A stretch of DNA of 64,000 nucleotides from Candidatus Omnitrophota bacterium (GCA_040753015.1 JBFMHM010000001.1:275157-339156), one strand, 5' to 3'. Shown: positions 49,990 through 59,590, counted from the stretch's first letter. Notes: generated by a model not told the origin, from the sequence alone. Program-made: numbers and translations.

Positions 49990-50523
49990 GACCTTTGCCG
50001 TCCTAATTACACGGTCTTCTAATTTGTAGCCTTTTTGCAATTCTTCAATCACAACATTCTCTGGGAATTTATCTGTTTCTTCAACTAATAAAGCCTCATG
50101 CATACTCGGATCAAACTTTTTTCCCTTTGCCTCAATTGGCAAAAGCCCTTTCTTTTTTAATAATTCGTAAAGATGCGCTAAAATCATTTCTATCCCTTTT
50201 AAAAAAGTAGTAAAATCTTCTCTTTCTTCTTCCGCGGCTTCAACTGTACGCTCGAGATCATCTAAAATACCAAGTAATTCAACAATCAATCCTTCATTAG
50301 CAAACTTAATAAACAAATCTTGTTCTTTCTGCATCCTTTTTCTTACATTATCAAATTCTGCCTGTAACCTCAAATATTTATCCCAGCAATCTTTGGCTTT
50401 TTTAGCTTCTTCTCTTAATAAAATAAGCTCATCTTCATTAATCGAAATTAACTTTTTTTCATCTTGAGGATGCAAAATTTCCTCTTCTGGCTTATCTTCT
50501 TTTTTATTATTCATCAATTTCAC
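49960..50523 (-). CDS. grpE: Nucleotide exchange factor GrpE
   Basis: LRLQAEFDNVRKR, FDPSMHEA, QKGYKL..RVIRTAKV. Confidence 0.97.
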   Translation of the reverse strand: MKLMNNKKEDKPEEEILHPQDEKKLISINEDELILLREEAKKAKDCWDKYLRLQAEFDNVRKRMQKEQDLFIKFANEGLIVELLGILDDLERTVEAAEEEREDFTTFLKGIEMILAHLYELLKKKGLLPIEAKGKKFDPSMHEALLVEETDKFPENVVIEELQKGYKLEDRVIRTAKVKVATAKKQK

Positions 50524-51256
50524 CGAAAAAATCAGATAAAAGACACGACGTATATTCGATCAAAGGTATAACTTGAGAATAACGAAGACGCGTTGGGCCT
50601 AATACAGCAATCCTGCCAGCAGGCCTAGCTTTTCTTTTATAAGTAGATATAATCATTGTACAATCCTTCATTTCATCTATAATGTTTTCTTGGCCAATAT
50701 AAATTTTCAAAGGTTCTTCGATATTCTGATTAATTGTCTTTAATAAATTCTCTTTTTCTTCTAATGCGCCAAACAATGCACGCAATTTTTTGATATCGTT
50801 AAATTCCGGATGCTCAAAGATAAAAGAAGTACCATTAAAATAAATTTTATGCTCCCAATCCGTAAATGACACGAGGCTTGGATAATGCGATAATCTTGCC
50901 AGCATGTCCGAAGCTTTTTCAAGAAACTCTGAAATATCTAAATTATCAAAATCTAACTCCTTGCTTATCATTTCCTTTTGACACCCCTGTATTTCATTAT
51001 GGCCTAAAATATTATCTACATAAAAACGATATCCCTTATCGGTCGGGATCCTCCCGGCAGAAGTATGTGGATGTGTTATAAATTCCATCTCCTCTAAATC
51101 TGCCATGGCATTACGAATAGTAGCAGAACTTAAACCAAAATTAAACTCTTTAGCAATAAATTCTGAACTTATCGGAAACGAGTTAGCGATAAAAGACTCT
51201 ATTATTGCGCCAAGTATATTTTTCCGTCTTGCCTCTAAATCAGCTATTCTAATCAT
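50507..51256 (-). CDS. hrcA: Heat-inducible repressor HrcA (short, 249 aa)
   Basis: SSATIRNAMADLE, PHTSAGRIPTDKGYRFYVD, LGPTRL. Confidence 0.95.
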   Translation of the reverse strand: MIRIADLEARRKNILGAIIESFIANSFPISSEFIAKEFNFGLSSATIRNAMADLEEMEFITHPHTSAGRIPTDKGYRFYVDNILGHNEIQGCQKEMISKELDFDNLDISEFLEKASDMLARLSHYPSLVSFTDWEHKIYFNGTSFIFEHPEFNDIKKLRALFGALEEKENLLKTINQNIEEPLKIYIGQENIIDEMKDCTMIISTYKRKARPAGRIAVLGPTRLRYSQVIPLIEYTSCLLSDFFGEIDE

Positions 51257-51271
51257 ATTAATTCCCCTATT

Positions 51272-51298
51272 TTAGCAATCTCAAGCTGCGAGTGCTAA
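51272..51298 (-). promoter_or_regulatory. CIRCE operator
   Basis: TTAGCACTC-N9-GATTGCTAA directly upstream of hrcA. Confidence 0.93.
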
Positions 51299-51322
51299 AA
51301 ATGAATTTTAGCATAAATGAAA

Positions 51323-52669
51323 TTAGAATGCAACTTTTTTTATTAATTTTTTAAACTCTGGGAAAGATTTATTTACACAAGAAATATCATCAAGCCTAGA
51401 ACAGCCTTGCGCGGCTAATGCAGCAATTACTAAACTCATTGCGCTACGATGATCATTAAAACTCTTTAATTTCACGCCTCTTAATTTAACAGGCCCATTT
51501 ATAATAATTGTATCGTCTTTTTTAACTTCTATATTTGCGCCCATTTTTCTTAAATTAACTACCATAGAGCTAATCCGGTCTGTTTCTTTGACGCGTAATT
51601 CTTTAGCTTGTTCAATTATAGTAGTGCCGCAAGCCATACACGCTGCAACCATTAAAATAGGTATCTCGTCAATTAAAAGAGGCAACTCCTGATGTTTAAT
51701 CCTAGTTGCCCGTAGGGGGCGAGCATGCCTGCCCCCTACTACTACAATATCACCAATCGGCTCCCCGCTTTCAATTCTATAATTTTTAATTTTAATATCC
51801 GCATTCATACGTAAAAGTACCTTTAAAGCACCTGTACGCGTAGGATTTAAACCCACATTCCTAATTATTATTTCTGAACCAAAAATAATTAAAGCAGCGA
51901 CGATAAAAAATATTGCCGAAGAAAAATCTCCTGGTATAATAATTTCTCCTGGTGAAACTAATTGTTTTATCTGATTCAAGGAAATTAAACGGCCTGTCTT
52001 ATTTTTTCCGCCTATAGCGGAAATTTTTATATCAGCACCAAATAATTTTAACATCCGCTCTGTATGGTCACGGCAAACCTGTGATTCAATTATTCCAGTC
52101 TTACCCTTCGCATAAAGTCCGGCCAAAAGAATTGCTGACTTAACCTGCGCTGAAGCAACCTCTAATTTATATTTTATCCCGTGCAACTCTGCTGGTTTTA
52201 TAGTTAATGGCGGATAATATTCTCGTTTTGCGTTTTTCGCTTTGCACTTTGCACTTATTTCTGCCCCCATCAATTCTAAAGGCTTAATTACACGCCCCAT
52301 TGGCCGCTTATTCAAAGAAGGGGCAGCTTGTAATTTACTTTTGAATTTTTGCCCTACAAGTAAACCGAGCAGTATCCTTATTGTTGTACCAGATTCACCA
52401 GCATAGAGAGGGGTTTGAGGCGGCCTTAAACCAAACAAACCTTTGCCTTGAATTTGCGCCAAAGTTTTTTTTCTATTAATTTTAATACCTAGTCGTTTAA
52501 AAATTCTTAAGGTGTAAAAACAATCACGGCTTGAAGAAAAATTTTTAATTTTAGTTAAACCCTTGCCTATGGATGCTAGGATTATAGCCCGGTGAGTTAT
52601 TGATTTATCAAAAGGGATTTTAATATCCCCTTTTACTTTCGATGCTGGCTTAACTAAAAAAGAAATCAT
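51323..52669 (-). CDS. aroA: EPSP synthase
   Basis: DKSITHR, GESGTT, ASAQVKSA, RDHTERM, LRVKETDRI, DHRSAM. Confidence 0.97.
   Translation of the reverse strand: MISFLVKPASKVKGDIKIPFDKSITHRAIILASIGKGLTKIKNFSSSRDCFYTLRIFKRLGIKINRKKTLAQIQGKGLFGLRPPQTPLYAGESGTTIRILLGLLVGQKFKSKLQAAPSLNKRPMGRVIKPLELMGAEISAKCKAKNAKREYYPPLTIKPAELHGIKYKLEVASAQVKSAILLAGLYAKGKTGIIESQVCRDHTERMLKLFGADIKISAIGGKNKTGRLISLNQIKQLVSPGEIIIPGDFSSAIFFIVAALIIFGSEIIIRNVGLNPTRTGALKVLLRMNADIKIKNYRIESGEPIGDIVVVGGRHARPLRATRIKHQELPLLIDEIPILMVAACMACGTTIIEQAKELRVKETDRISSMVVNLRKMGANIEVKKDDTIIINGPVKLRGVKLKSFNDHRSAMSLVIAALAAQGCSRLDDISCVNKSFPEFKKLIKKVAF
51712..51739. repeat. GTAG-type REP palindrome inside aroA
   Basis: gtagggggc-N10-gccccctac. 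Confidence 0.85.
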
Positions 52670-53424
52670 TGCTCAACTTTAAGAATAAGATTATCTCCTT
52701 CTTTTAGCTTACCAACGATATCTCTCTCTGTAAAGCTTAAAACGGACATAGCTTCTTTTGCTTCCTCGATATAGCCCTTGCCGAGTGATACACCTTTAGA
52801 ATCATTTATAAAGAATACATCTGATGTTTTAAATCCGTCTTTTTGCCCTAAATTAATCACTATAAAGTTGTATTCTTTATTTAAAGTCAAAATTTGCGCC
52901 TGAAACTTGTCAGTCTTCTTAGGGCTGATTATAATTTTCCCGAGCTCGACTTTATCTGATGATGACTCAAATTCTTTCACTTTTTCTTCTAATTTCTGTT
53001 TTGCTTTTACAAGATCAGAGAATTTCGCTTTTGCCTCGCTTAACTCTTTCTTTGTTTGATTAAGTTCTATCTCTATCTTAGACTTTAAATTATTCATTGA
53101 ATTTAAATCAGCTTTTACCTCGTCTAATTCTTTGGAAACTCTCTGCCTTTCACTTTTTTCAGATTCAAATTGGCTAACTAATGATAATAAATCTGCCTCG
53201 CTTTCTGAAAGTTTATCTTTTAAAATAACTACTTCTTTACGCGTTGCATCCAAAGTCATCTCTAAATCTTTTTTCCTTTTTTGCAGATCATCAACTTGCG
53301 CTTCTAAACCAATCCTTTTATCTTTCTCTTTCTGCCAAGATAAAAATGTTGATACTGCCGCACCAAAAGCAAGCACTACTAATACTACTAAAAATATTAT
53401 CCTTGTATTACCATTCCTATTCAT
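52666..53424 (-). CDS. Membrane-anchored coiled-coil hypothetical protein
   Basis: N-terminal TM, heptads, C-terminal FIVINLGQKDG beta domain. Confidence 0.75.
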   Translation of the reverse strand: MNRNGNTRIIFLVVLVVLAFGAAVSTFLSWQKEKDKRIGLEAQVDDLQKRKKDLEMTLDATRKEVVILKDKLSESEADLLSLVSQFESEKSERQRVSKELDEVKADLNSMNNLKSKIEIELNQTKKELSEAKAKFSDLVKAKQKLEEKVKEFESSSDKVELGKIIISPKKTDKFQAQILTLNKEYNFIVINLGQKDGFKTSDVFFINDSKGVSLGKGYIEEAKEAMSVLSFTERDIVGKLKEGDNLILKVEQ

Positions 53425-54992
53425 CTTTCACCTCGTTTATTTTTTGAATATTTTTTAGATTTTTCAATTGCCTTACTAAAATACCCGCCAGTCAAAGCAT
53501 CTATTGATGCCGTTAATTCCTCAAGCCGCAGTTCTTTTTCTATAATCTTGCGAGTATCTTGCGGAGGAGACATAAAAAGTTCTGCCTGCAGCCGGCGCCT
53601 CTCAAAATAAATACGGGTAACCTCATTTAAAATATCATCGCGCAACTGCACCATTAGACGGCTACGAACGTCGATAGATGTTTGATCTGGGTTATATATT
53701 AAATCTGCTAAATCCCACTTAAAATTTACTCCCCAATCTTTTGGCCCAACCGCAAAAGCCCCTGTTGATGAACCATAGACATTTTTATCATAGGCTAAAT
53801 CCAACTCTGGTAAAAACGCTCTTGCAGCTGCCTGTCTTCGCCAATTTATGATTTTTTGAGGGCTGACTTCTGCATATTTTATAGCAACTTTTTGCACATC
53901 TTGAATAGTTGGCTCATCCTTAAAATGCTCTAAAATATTTTTTTCGTCTTTAACAATTTTATTATCTCTTATTAATTCTTCTTTGGACCTATATAAACCT
54001 TGCTGTGTCGCTAATAAAAAATTATCTTCAATATCTTGAAATAAAAATCTTAAATTCTCTGAATCAAGGCCGCGGTATAGGTTATGCCAAATTTCATCTT
54101 TATATTCAAAAATACTTCTCTTTGATAAAACATAAAGGTTATTTTCCTTTGAAACAAAAACCTGAATTAATTTTCTATCAAATAATCCTTGTTCATTAAA
54201 CTTCTGCCAAGTTCCAGCATCGTCTTCTGATTTAAAAATCCCGAATATTGTTGCTAAATAAAAAATATTATGTTTTTTTCTATCTTGGGCAATAAAATTT
54301 ATTTGCGAAATACTTGTTTCCTCGCTAAGCTTATCATCATCGCTATTCTCATCGCTTTCTTCGGTATCTTGCGCAATCCAGGTAAAAATTCTCTGCCAAT
54401 ACTGGCCTAAATCGAGTGATTTAAAAACACCTCTACTTGAAACAGCATATAAAACTTTCGGATTACTATAATCTGCTATTATATTCAAAACCTCTGTATT
54501 TAGTAAATCGCCGCTAACCTTATTCCAAGTTTTTAAATCATCACTATAGAAAAGCCCGTAATCTGTAGCAAGAAAAATCCTATTCAGGCTAACACAAACA
54601 TAATTGCAATTCTTTTCTCCTCGGCTTTTTCCGTCAAAAACTTTATTCCAATTACGGCCGTCATTTTTACTAATAAACAACCCATTGCCGGTTGCAGCAA
54701 AAAGAATATTTCGTTTTTTATATTGAAAATAAGACAAATAATTTACGGTTTTAGTATCCCCTGTGACATTTAAAACTTCCTGAGCCTCTTTTTCTTTTAT
54801 AACTTTTAAAACTGAGCGGTCTGTGCCAACAAAGATTATATCTTTATTTTTTGGGTGAACGCATACTGAATAGAAATTAAAATCCGGGCCAAGGTTAAGT
54901 TGCTGCCAAACTGTTTCTTTTGCGGCAAATGTATGAATTGGGAAAAAAATAAAACAAATTAATATTCCCAAAAATAATTTAGCCCTGCCCAT
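53421..54992 (-). CDS. Secreted BNR/beta-propeller repeat protein with helical C-terminal domain
   Basis: SKNDGRNW, SLDLGQYW, SEDDAGTW Asp-boxes; signal peptide. Confidence 0.75.
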   Translation of the reverse strand: MGRAKLFLGILICFIFFPIHTFAAKETVWQQLNLGPDFNFYSVCVHPKNKDIIFVGTDRSVLKVIKEKEAQEVLNVTGDTKTVNYLSYFQYKKRNILFAATGNGLFISKNDGRNWNKVFDGKSRGEKNCNYVCVSLNRIFLATDYGLFYSDDLKTWNKVSGDLLNTEVLNIIADYSNPKVLYAVSSRGVFKSLDLGQYWQRIFTWIAQDTEESDENSDDDKLSEETSISQINFIAQDRKKHNIFYLATIFGIFKSEDDAGTWQKFNEQGLFDRKLIQVFVSKENNLYVLSKRSIFEYKDEIWHNLYRGLDSENLRFLFQDIEDNFLLATQQGLYRSKEELIRDNKIVKDEKNILEHFKDEPTIQDVQKVAIKYAEVSPQKIINWRRQAAARAFLPELDLAYDKNVYGSSTGAFAVGPKDWGVNFKWDLADLIYNPDQTSIDVRSRLMVQLRDDILNEVTRIYFERRRLQAELFMSPPQDTRKIIEKELRLEELTASIDALTGGYFSKAIEKSKKYSKNKRGER

Positions 54993-55042
54993 TCTTTATC
55001 TACCTCCACTTATCCAACCTAGGCGGTCGGATTTAGTTATAT

Positions 55043-55507
55043 TTATCTAGATCGTTTATTTTTAAATTTTAATAAATAATCTACGTCAATCTTGTCTATC
55101 GGCCGATTAGAAATTTTCTTACTCTTTATTAATTCTCTAAACCCGATAATTATAATTTTTTGTCCGGCTATTTTAGAAGTTTTTCTGCCACGCCATATTT
55201 CTTTAAATTTACTTCCGCTTATCGAAGTTAAAAGATCAACTCTTACAGGTTCATACCCAAGTTGTATAATTGCTCCTTCTCTCTCAAAGTCTTCTGGTTT
55301 CAATTTTAGACTACTAAAACCAAACTCTCTAAGTGATTTTATGATTTTTTTACCATTTTCTAAATCAGGCTCAACTAATAAATCTATATCTTTACTATAT
55401 CTTGGTTTTGAATAAAACGCAACAGCATACGCCCCGACAACGCAATACCTAACTTTATTCTTATTGAATAACTTTAATAACTCTTTGAAGTCCTTTTCTA
55501 ATTCCAT
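55043..55507 (-). CDS. Nucleotidyltransferase-fold protein
   Basis: VVGAYAV..PRYSKDIDLLV..RPIDKID. Confidence 0.85.
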   Translation of the reverse strand: MELEKDFKELLKLFNKNKVRYCVVGAYAVAFYSKPRYSKDIDLLVEPDLENGKKIIKSLREFGFSSLKLKPEDFEREGAIIQLGYEPVRVDLLTSISGSKFKEIWRGRKTSKIAGQKIIIIGFRELIKSKKISNRPIDKIDVDYLLKFKNKRSR

Positions 55508-55652
55508 ATTTACCTTTAATTTTATAATAATCTTCTCTTAAGGATTGCATCAGCGCAAGTTTTTTTGCGCCAGACATAGCTAAATAAAATTTAATATCAG
55601 ACTCTTCTGCTTCTTTAAACGAATGCGCTATATTTACCCAAATCTTTTTCAT
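55461..55652 (-). CDS. Small partner protein of the NTase (TA-like pair)
   Basis: 63 aa, overlapping the NTase start; SFKEAEESDIKFY. Confidence 0.65.
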   Translation of the reverse strand: MKKIWVNIAHSFKEAEESDIKFYLAMSGAKKLALMQSLREDYYKIKGKYGIRKGLQRVIKVIQ

Positions 55653-55682
55653 TTTCTCTTTTTCCTAATCCGACCTACGCCT

Positions 55683-55921
55683 TATCCCATTCTGTCAGAA
55701 TTGGAAGTCACAAATTATGATCTCCAATTCTTAAACTCTTCCTTATTCAATCGAAACATAAAGTCTTCCGGAAACCGCTCAATATTACACTTCGTCGCTT
55801 GATTAAGCACTCTTGTAGATACTTCATATAGAATAGCTAAATCCCTGTCTAGCATAACTCTCTTGCCTCTAATTAATAAGATTTTATTCTCAATAATTTC
55901 TCGAGGTATAAATTCTTTAAT
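55683..55921 (-). pseudogene. ORF6N-domain pseudogene
   Basis: [45 protein letters not shown]; no ATG, internal stop, truncated. Confidence 0.85.
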
Positions 55922-55934
55922 TTTTTATTAGTTT

Positions 55935-57488
55935 CTATTTTCGAGGCCTGACCCCGGTTTTGCTGACTTCTACTTTTAATGGTTCGACGTCAGCACGCAC
56001 AGCTTTTACTTCCCAATAGAATTTTTGATTTTGGTTTCCATCTTTTGTTGTAGCAACTTTAAACTTGCTATCTGCTATTTTACCATCTAGATAAATTAAT
56101 GATGCTCCGTCAATACAAGTTAATTGCAAAGTACGATTTTCTTTTCTGGTAAGTTTTTCAAAATATGCTGGTAATATAATTTCAACCTTACCGTCTTTTA
56201 ACTGCGCCTCTCCCCGATAGTAAACTGCAACCTCTGGTCCTTCAATGCAAGCATGAACTAAATCTTTATTTTGTGGGTTGAGTGGGTGATCAATTACAAA
56301 ATTTTTTACTCTTGCTGCAACAACCCCCGTAACATCAAAATTGCCTTTTATATAGACATTACCTGTAAAAACAGCAATATTATCACCGTAATCGGTGTCA
56401 CGTCCTACCATTAGTCTTGAACCATACAAGCCTTTTCCGCCAGTAAAATATCCTCCATAAGATTGATCACTACGAGTAAAACCTTCCACTCCCCGATATT
56501 GATCCGACCAACCATACACGCCACAAGAAGCAACGCCTTGAGCAGCACCAGCTACTCCATGTACATCATTATTTTCAAATAAAGCCGCCTGTCCAAACAC
56601 ACTTGCACTAAAGTTAAAAATCCGATTAGTATCACCTATTAAACCATACACAGCTGCATTTCTATTATGCACACCCGTCCAACTAACCCTCCCCATAACA
56701 CCATAAGCATGATTATCTCCCGCATCCACATATCCAAAAACTCCTGTTGGTCTATCTGAAAGACTATTCTCAGGAAAATCATCAGCAACATAGCCCATAA
56801 CACCCGATGGACTATCCGCATTAGAATGAGACAAGCCTAATACACCGTAAGTATTCCCGGCTATGGCAAGAGCCTCACCGTACAACCCTGCTGCTCCATC
56901 AAAAGTAGAAGAGGTAACACCATATACACCATAAGTAGGACCTTGCGTTGATTTTCCAAATACACCTGCTGAATATTGCCTAGCTGAATTTGTTTTACCC
57001 GCAACTCCATGTGCATAATGATTCCGACTATTATCTGGAAGAATCGTCTCGCCATATACACCGGCTGAAAACGACTCTTCATTAAAATCATTCTCGGGTA
57101 TCCACATACCACTATTAACCTGTCCATGCACACCATAGTACATAGTATCATTTCTTCCAACCAAACCCTGTCCTAATATTGCACTAGCATAATCCCTAGT
57201 ACGATTATATTGTGCATACAACGTAGTACCATAATCGGATCCCGCGCCTTCTGGTGGAGAATAAATACCACCTACTTGCAAAAGAGCTAAAAATCCCCCA
57301 CTCAAGAACTGCTCCTGCGCGCCTTCGCCAGTTGTACCTATCCACATCCTCTTTGCTTTTAGTTCGTTATATACGCCATAAGGCGCGGGGTAATAGGTTG
57401 AAAGCGTGATGGTTTCTTCTTGGGCGAAAGAATTAACACCACTAAACAACAAAAACACAAAAACTAATCTGAAAATTTTACTTTGCAT
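55935..57488 (-). CDS. Secreted GVxG-repeat fibre/adhesin-like protein
   Basis: Signal peptide, ITLSTYYPAPYG, ~15 xGVxG repeats, C-terminal KNFVIDHPL..EGPE..YRGEAQL domain. Confidence 0.75.
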   Translation of the reverse strand: MQSKIFRLVFVFLLFSGVNSFAQEETITLSTYYPAPYGVYNELKAKRMWIGTTGEGAQEQFLSGGFLALLQVGGIYSPPEGAGSDYGTTLYAQYNRTRDYASAILGQGLVGRNDTMYYGVHGQVNSGMWIPENDFNEESFSAGVYGETILPDNSRNHYAHGVAGKTNSARQYSAGVFGKSTQGPTYGVYGVTSSTFDGAAGLYGEALAIAGNTYGVLGLSHSNADSPSGVMGYVADDFPENSLSDRPTGVFGYVDAGDNHAYGVMGRVSWTGVHNRNAAVYGLIGDTNRIFNFSASVFGQAALFENNDVHGVAGAAQGVASCGVYGWSDQYRGVEGFTRSDQSYGGYFTGGKGLYGSRLMVGRDTDYGDNIAVFTGNVYIKGNFDVTGVVAARVKNFVIDHPLNPQNKDLVHACIEGPEVAVYYRGEAQLKDGKVEIILPAYFEKLTRKENRTLQLTCIDGASLIYLDGKIADSKFKVATTKDGNQNQKFYWEVKAVRADVEPLKVEVSKTGVRPRK

Positions 57489-57541
57489 TAAGCACCTCCA
57501 TTGCAGCCGCTAAAGCGCAAAATACGCTAAAGCGCTAAATT

Positions 57542-58075
57542 TTATTGACAACCTTTTTTAATATCACGGTTTGGATGAAAACCAATTATTTTCTTTTCTT
57601 TAACCGTCGGCGGTTCAAACAAATTTCTAAGCGCATCAAAAACCATTTTAAAATGCGAGTCATATTTCTTTTCCATCGTTTCAATCTTACGCCTTAACGC
57701 TGTATAAGTCAACGCCATACGTTTAAAATTAACAAATGCGCGCATAATCTGTATATTTGCCATTACCGCACGCCTACTGCGTAAAACGCTTGAAAGCATA
57801 GCCACGCCTTGCTCGGTAAATGCATAAGGCAAATAACCACCTAAAACCTGTAGCGATGGTATCACATTTTGTGATACCATAATTTTAACTTCTGCATTTG
57901 TAATTCGAAACATAAAATCTTCGGGAAATCGCTCTCGATTCCTTTTTACTTGCTGCCTCAGCGCTATGGGCTTAACATCATAAAGAACCGCTAAATCTTT
58001 ATCTAACATTACCCTTTTGCCTCTAATCTGAAAAATCTTATTCTCAATCTGCTCAACTGATAACGATCTACTCAT
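57542..58075 (-). CDS. ORF6N (KilA-N-like) DNA-binding domain protein, copy 1
   Basis: [47 protein letters not shown]. Confidence 0.93.
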   Translation of the reverse strand: MSRSLSVEQIENKIFQIRGKRVMLDKDLAVLYDVKPIALRQQVKRNRERFPEDFMFRITNAEVKIMVSQNVIPSLQVLGGYLPYAFTEQGVAMLSSVLRSRRAVMANIQIMRAFVNFKRMALTYTALRRKIETMEKKYDSHFKMVFDALRNLFEPPTVKEKKIIGFHPNRDIKKGCQ

Positions 58076-58251
58076 TTCTTAACTCCATTTTCCGAAATAA
58101 TTAACAGCACCAAAAAATAAAAACATAAAACCTAATCTAAAAATTTTATTTAATAAATCATCTAATTCTTTTTTATCCATTTTTGCGTTTTTGCGGTTGC
58201 AACACTTCTTTGCGCCTTTGCGGTTGCAATCTTTTGCATCAAACACCTCCA
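57552..58251. repeat. 700-bp direct repeat, copy 1
   Basis: Near-identical to 59697-60396 (offset 2145; three substitutions seen). Confidence 0.95.
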
Positions 58252-58261
58252 TAAAATAAAA

Positions 58262-58681
58262 TTAAAGTTTACAATATAAAACTATTTCTTCTAGGTATTT
58301 TTCAATATCGCTCAACTGATTTGTAAAAATATTAAAAACTTTATTCATATCTATTTTGGCATATTCATGAACGATAACATTGCGAAAACCTGCCATAGAA
58401 CACATAATTTCTAACATCTCTCGACTGATAACTTTTTTTTCATACAAAACATCAAACAAGCCTGAAAAACTCCCCGGTATCCCCCAATCATTATCGGAAA
58501 TAATATGGCTTGCAATATCGATACAACCTTGAATCGCATCCAATAAATTTATACGCACAATATCTTGAACATCTCTATTGTTTAAAAAATTACCTAAACT
58601 AATCCCTTGTTTTTCTTTGAGGCGAGATAAACTATCATTGATATTGGCAATTTTTGCTATAACAATATCACGCTTAACCAT
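58262..58681 (-). CDS. HepT-like HEPN RNase (DUF86)
   Basis: GFRNVIVHEY (RX4H), CIDIASHII. Confidence 0.92.
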   Translation of the reverse strand: MVKRDIVIAKIANINDSLSRLKEKQGISLGNFLNNRDVQDIVRINLLDAIQGCIDIASHIISDNDWGIPGSFSGLFDVLYEKKVISREMLEIMCSMAGFRNVIVHEYAKIDMNKVFNIFTNQLSDIEKYLEEIVLYCKL

Positions 58682-59105
58682 GTTTGCGCTCCTTAATCCT
58701 TCTTATTAACGCATCCTCCATATTTCTTCGTATAAAAAGAAAATCAAAGTATTCCAATACTGCGTACACTTTAAAATTGCGATTTGCCCCTTTATAAGAT
58801 TCGTAAACTTCTACGCCATTTTTTAATACCTGATATTTTAAAAAAGAATTTGCATTATTTAAAATTACAATATCAATATTCTTATCAAAAATCTTACTCA
58901 AATCATTCATTATAGACAGTTTTCTATCGCTATATTCCTGTATCGAGATATTCTCATTAAGAAAAACAGCAATATCAATATCGCTAAATTTATTTGTTTT
59001 ATTAGATGCTGCGGAACCAAACAAATAGGCAAACTTTATTTTTCGTTGAGCAGAAAAATATCCATTTAATTTTTCTTTAATATCGCTAATGGTTAAATTA
59101 TACAT
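58674..59105 (-). CDS. MntA-like nucleotidyltransferase antitoxin
   Basis: YLFGSAA..SDIDIAV..IDIVILN. Confidence 0.92.
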   Translation of the reverse strand: MYNLTISDIKEKLNGYFSAQRKIKFAYLFGSAASNKTNKFSDIDIAVFLNENISIQEYSDRKLSIMNDLSKIFDKNIDIVILNNANSFLKYQVLKNGVEVYESYKGANRNFKVYAVLEYFDFLFIRRNMEDALIRRIKERKHG

Positions 59106-59108
59106 ATT

Positions 59109-59492
59109 TCAGATTATACTATAAAATTCTTTTTCTTTCTCAGTCTTTGTTTTCGAAAGAATCAATAGATGATTCGTCCAACTTATTTGTGTCAGCAGTG
59201 CTGACACAAATTTTTTCTGATGATAAGCGTCATGAAACTGCCACATCCGGTATAGCCGTCGCCGATTAAAACCTTTAAATTCCGGATGTTTGCTTTGAAT
59301 ATAACAAGCCAGTTGATCTACTGCCGCATCACCCCACTCAGCAGTCTTAAGCTTATTACTTATATATCCACCAACATTCCAATATAATTTTACGAGTTCG
59401 GCATTAACGCTTTTAATAGCATTAAAACGAGCCTCATGAATCATCCTAACGACTTCGGAAAACTGATTATCAAGCCGTTTAACTATTTTCAT
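59109..59492 (-). pseudogene. DUF1016/YhcG N-terminal fragment (nuclease half absent)
   Basis: VNAELVKLYWNVG..WG..GF..L..M.QF..ISWTNH..EFY then stop. Confidence 0.75.
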
Positions 59493-59529
59493 TTATCTTC
59501 CTGCCTACAATTTTATCTCTATCATTAAA

Positions 59530-59590
59530 GTAGGGGCGAAACCATGTTTTCGCCCCAATAATTTGGGCGATTACACGGAATCGCCCCTAC
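59530..59590. repeat. Inverted pair of GTAG REPs (REPIN-like)
   Basis: gtaggggcgaaaccatgttttcgcccc-aataattt-gggcgattacacggaatcgcccctac. Confidence 0.88.

Noticed and set aside
50507-51256. hrcA as a pseudogene because it is short
   Set aside because: The frame is intact with both N- and C-terminal motifs, and the CIRCE is retained.
57420-58180. DGR template/variable repeat pair (signal-peptide echo)
   Set aside because: Mismatches are not adenine-specific and there is no reverse transcriptase in the window.
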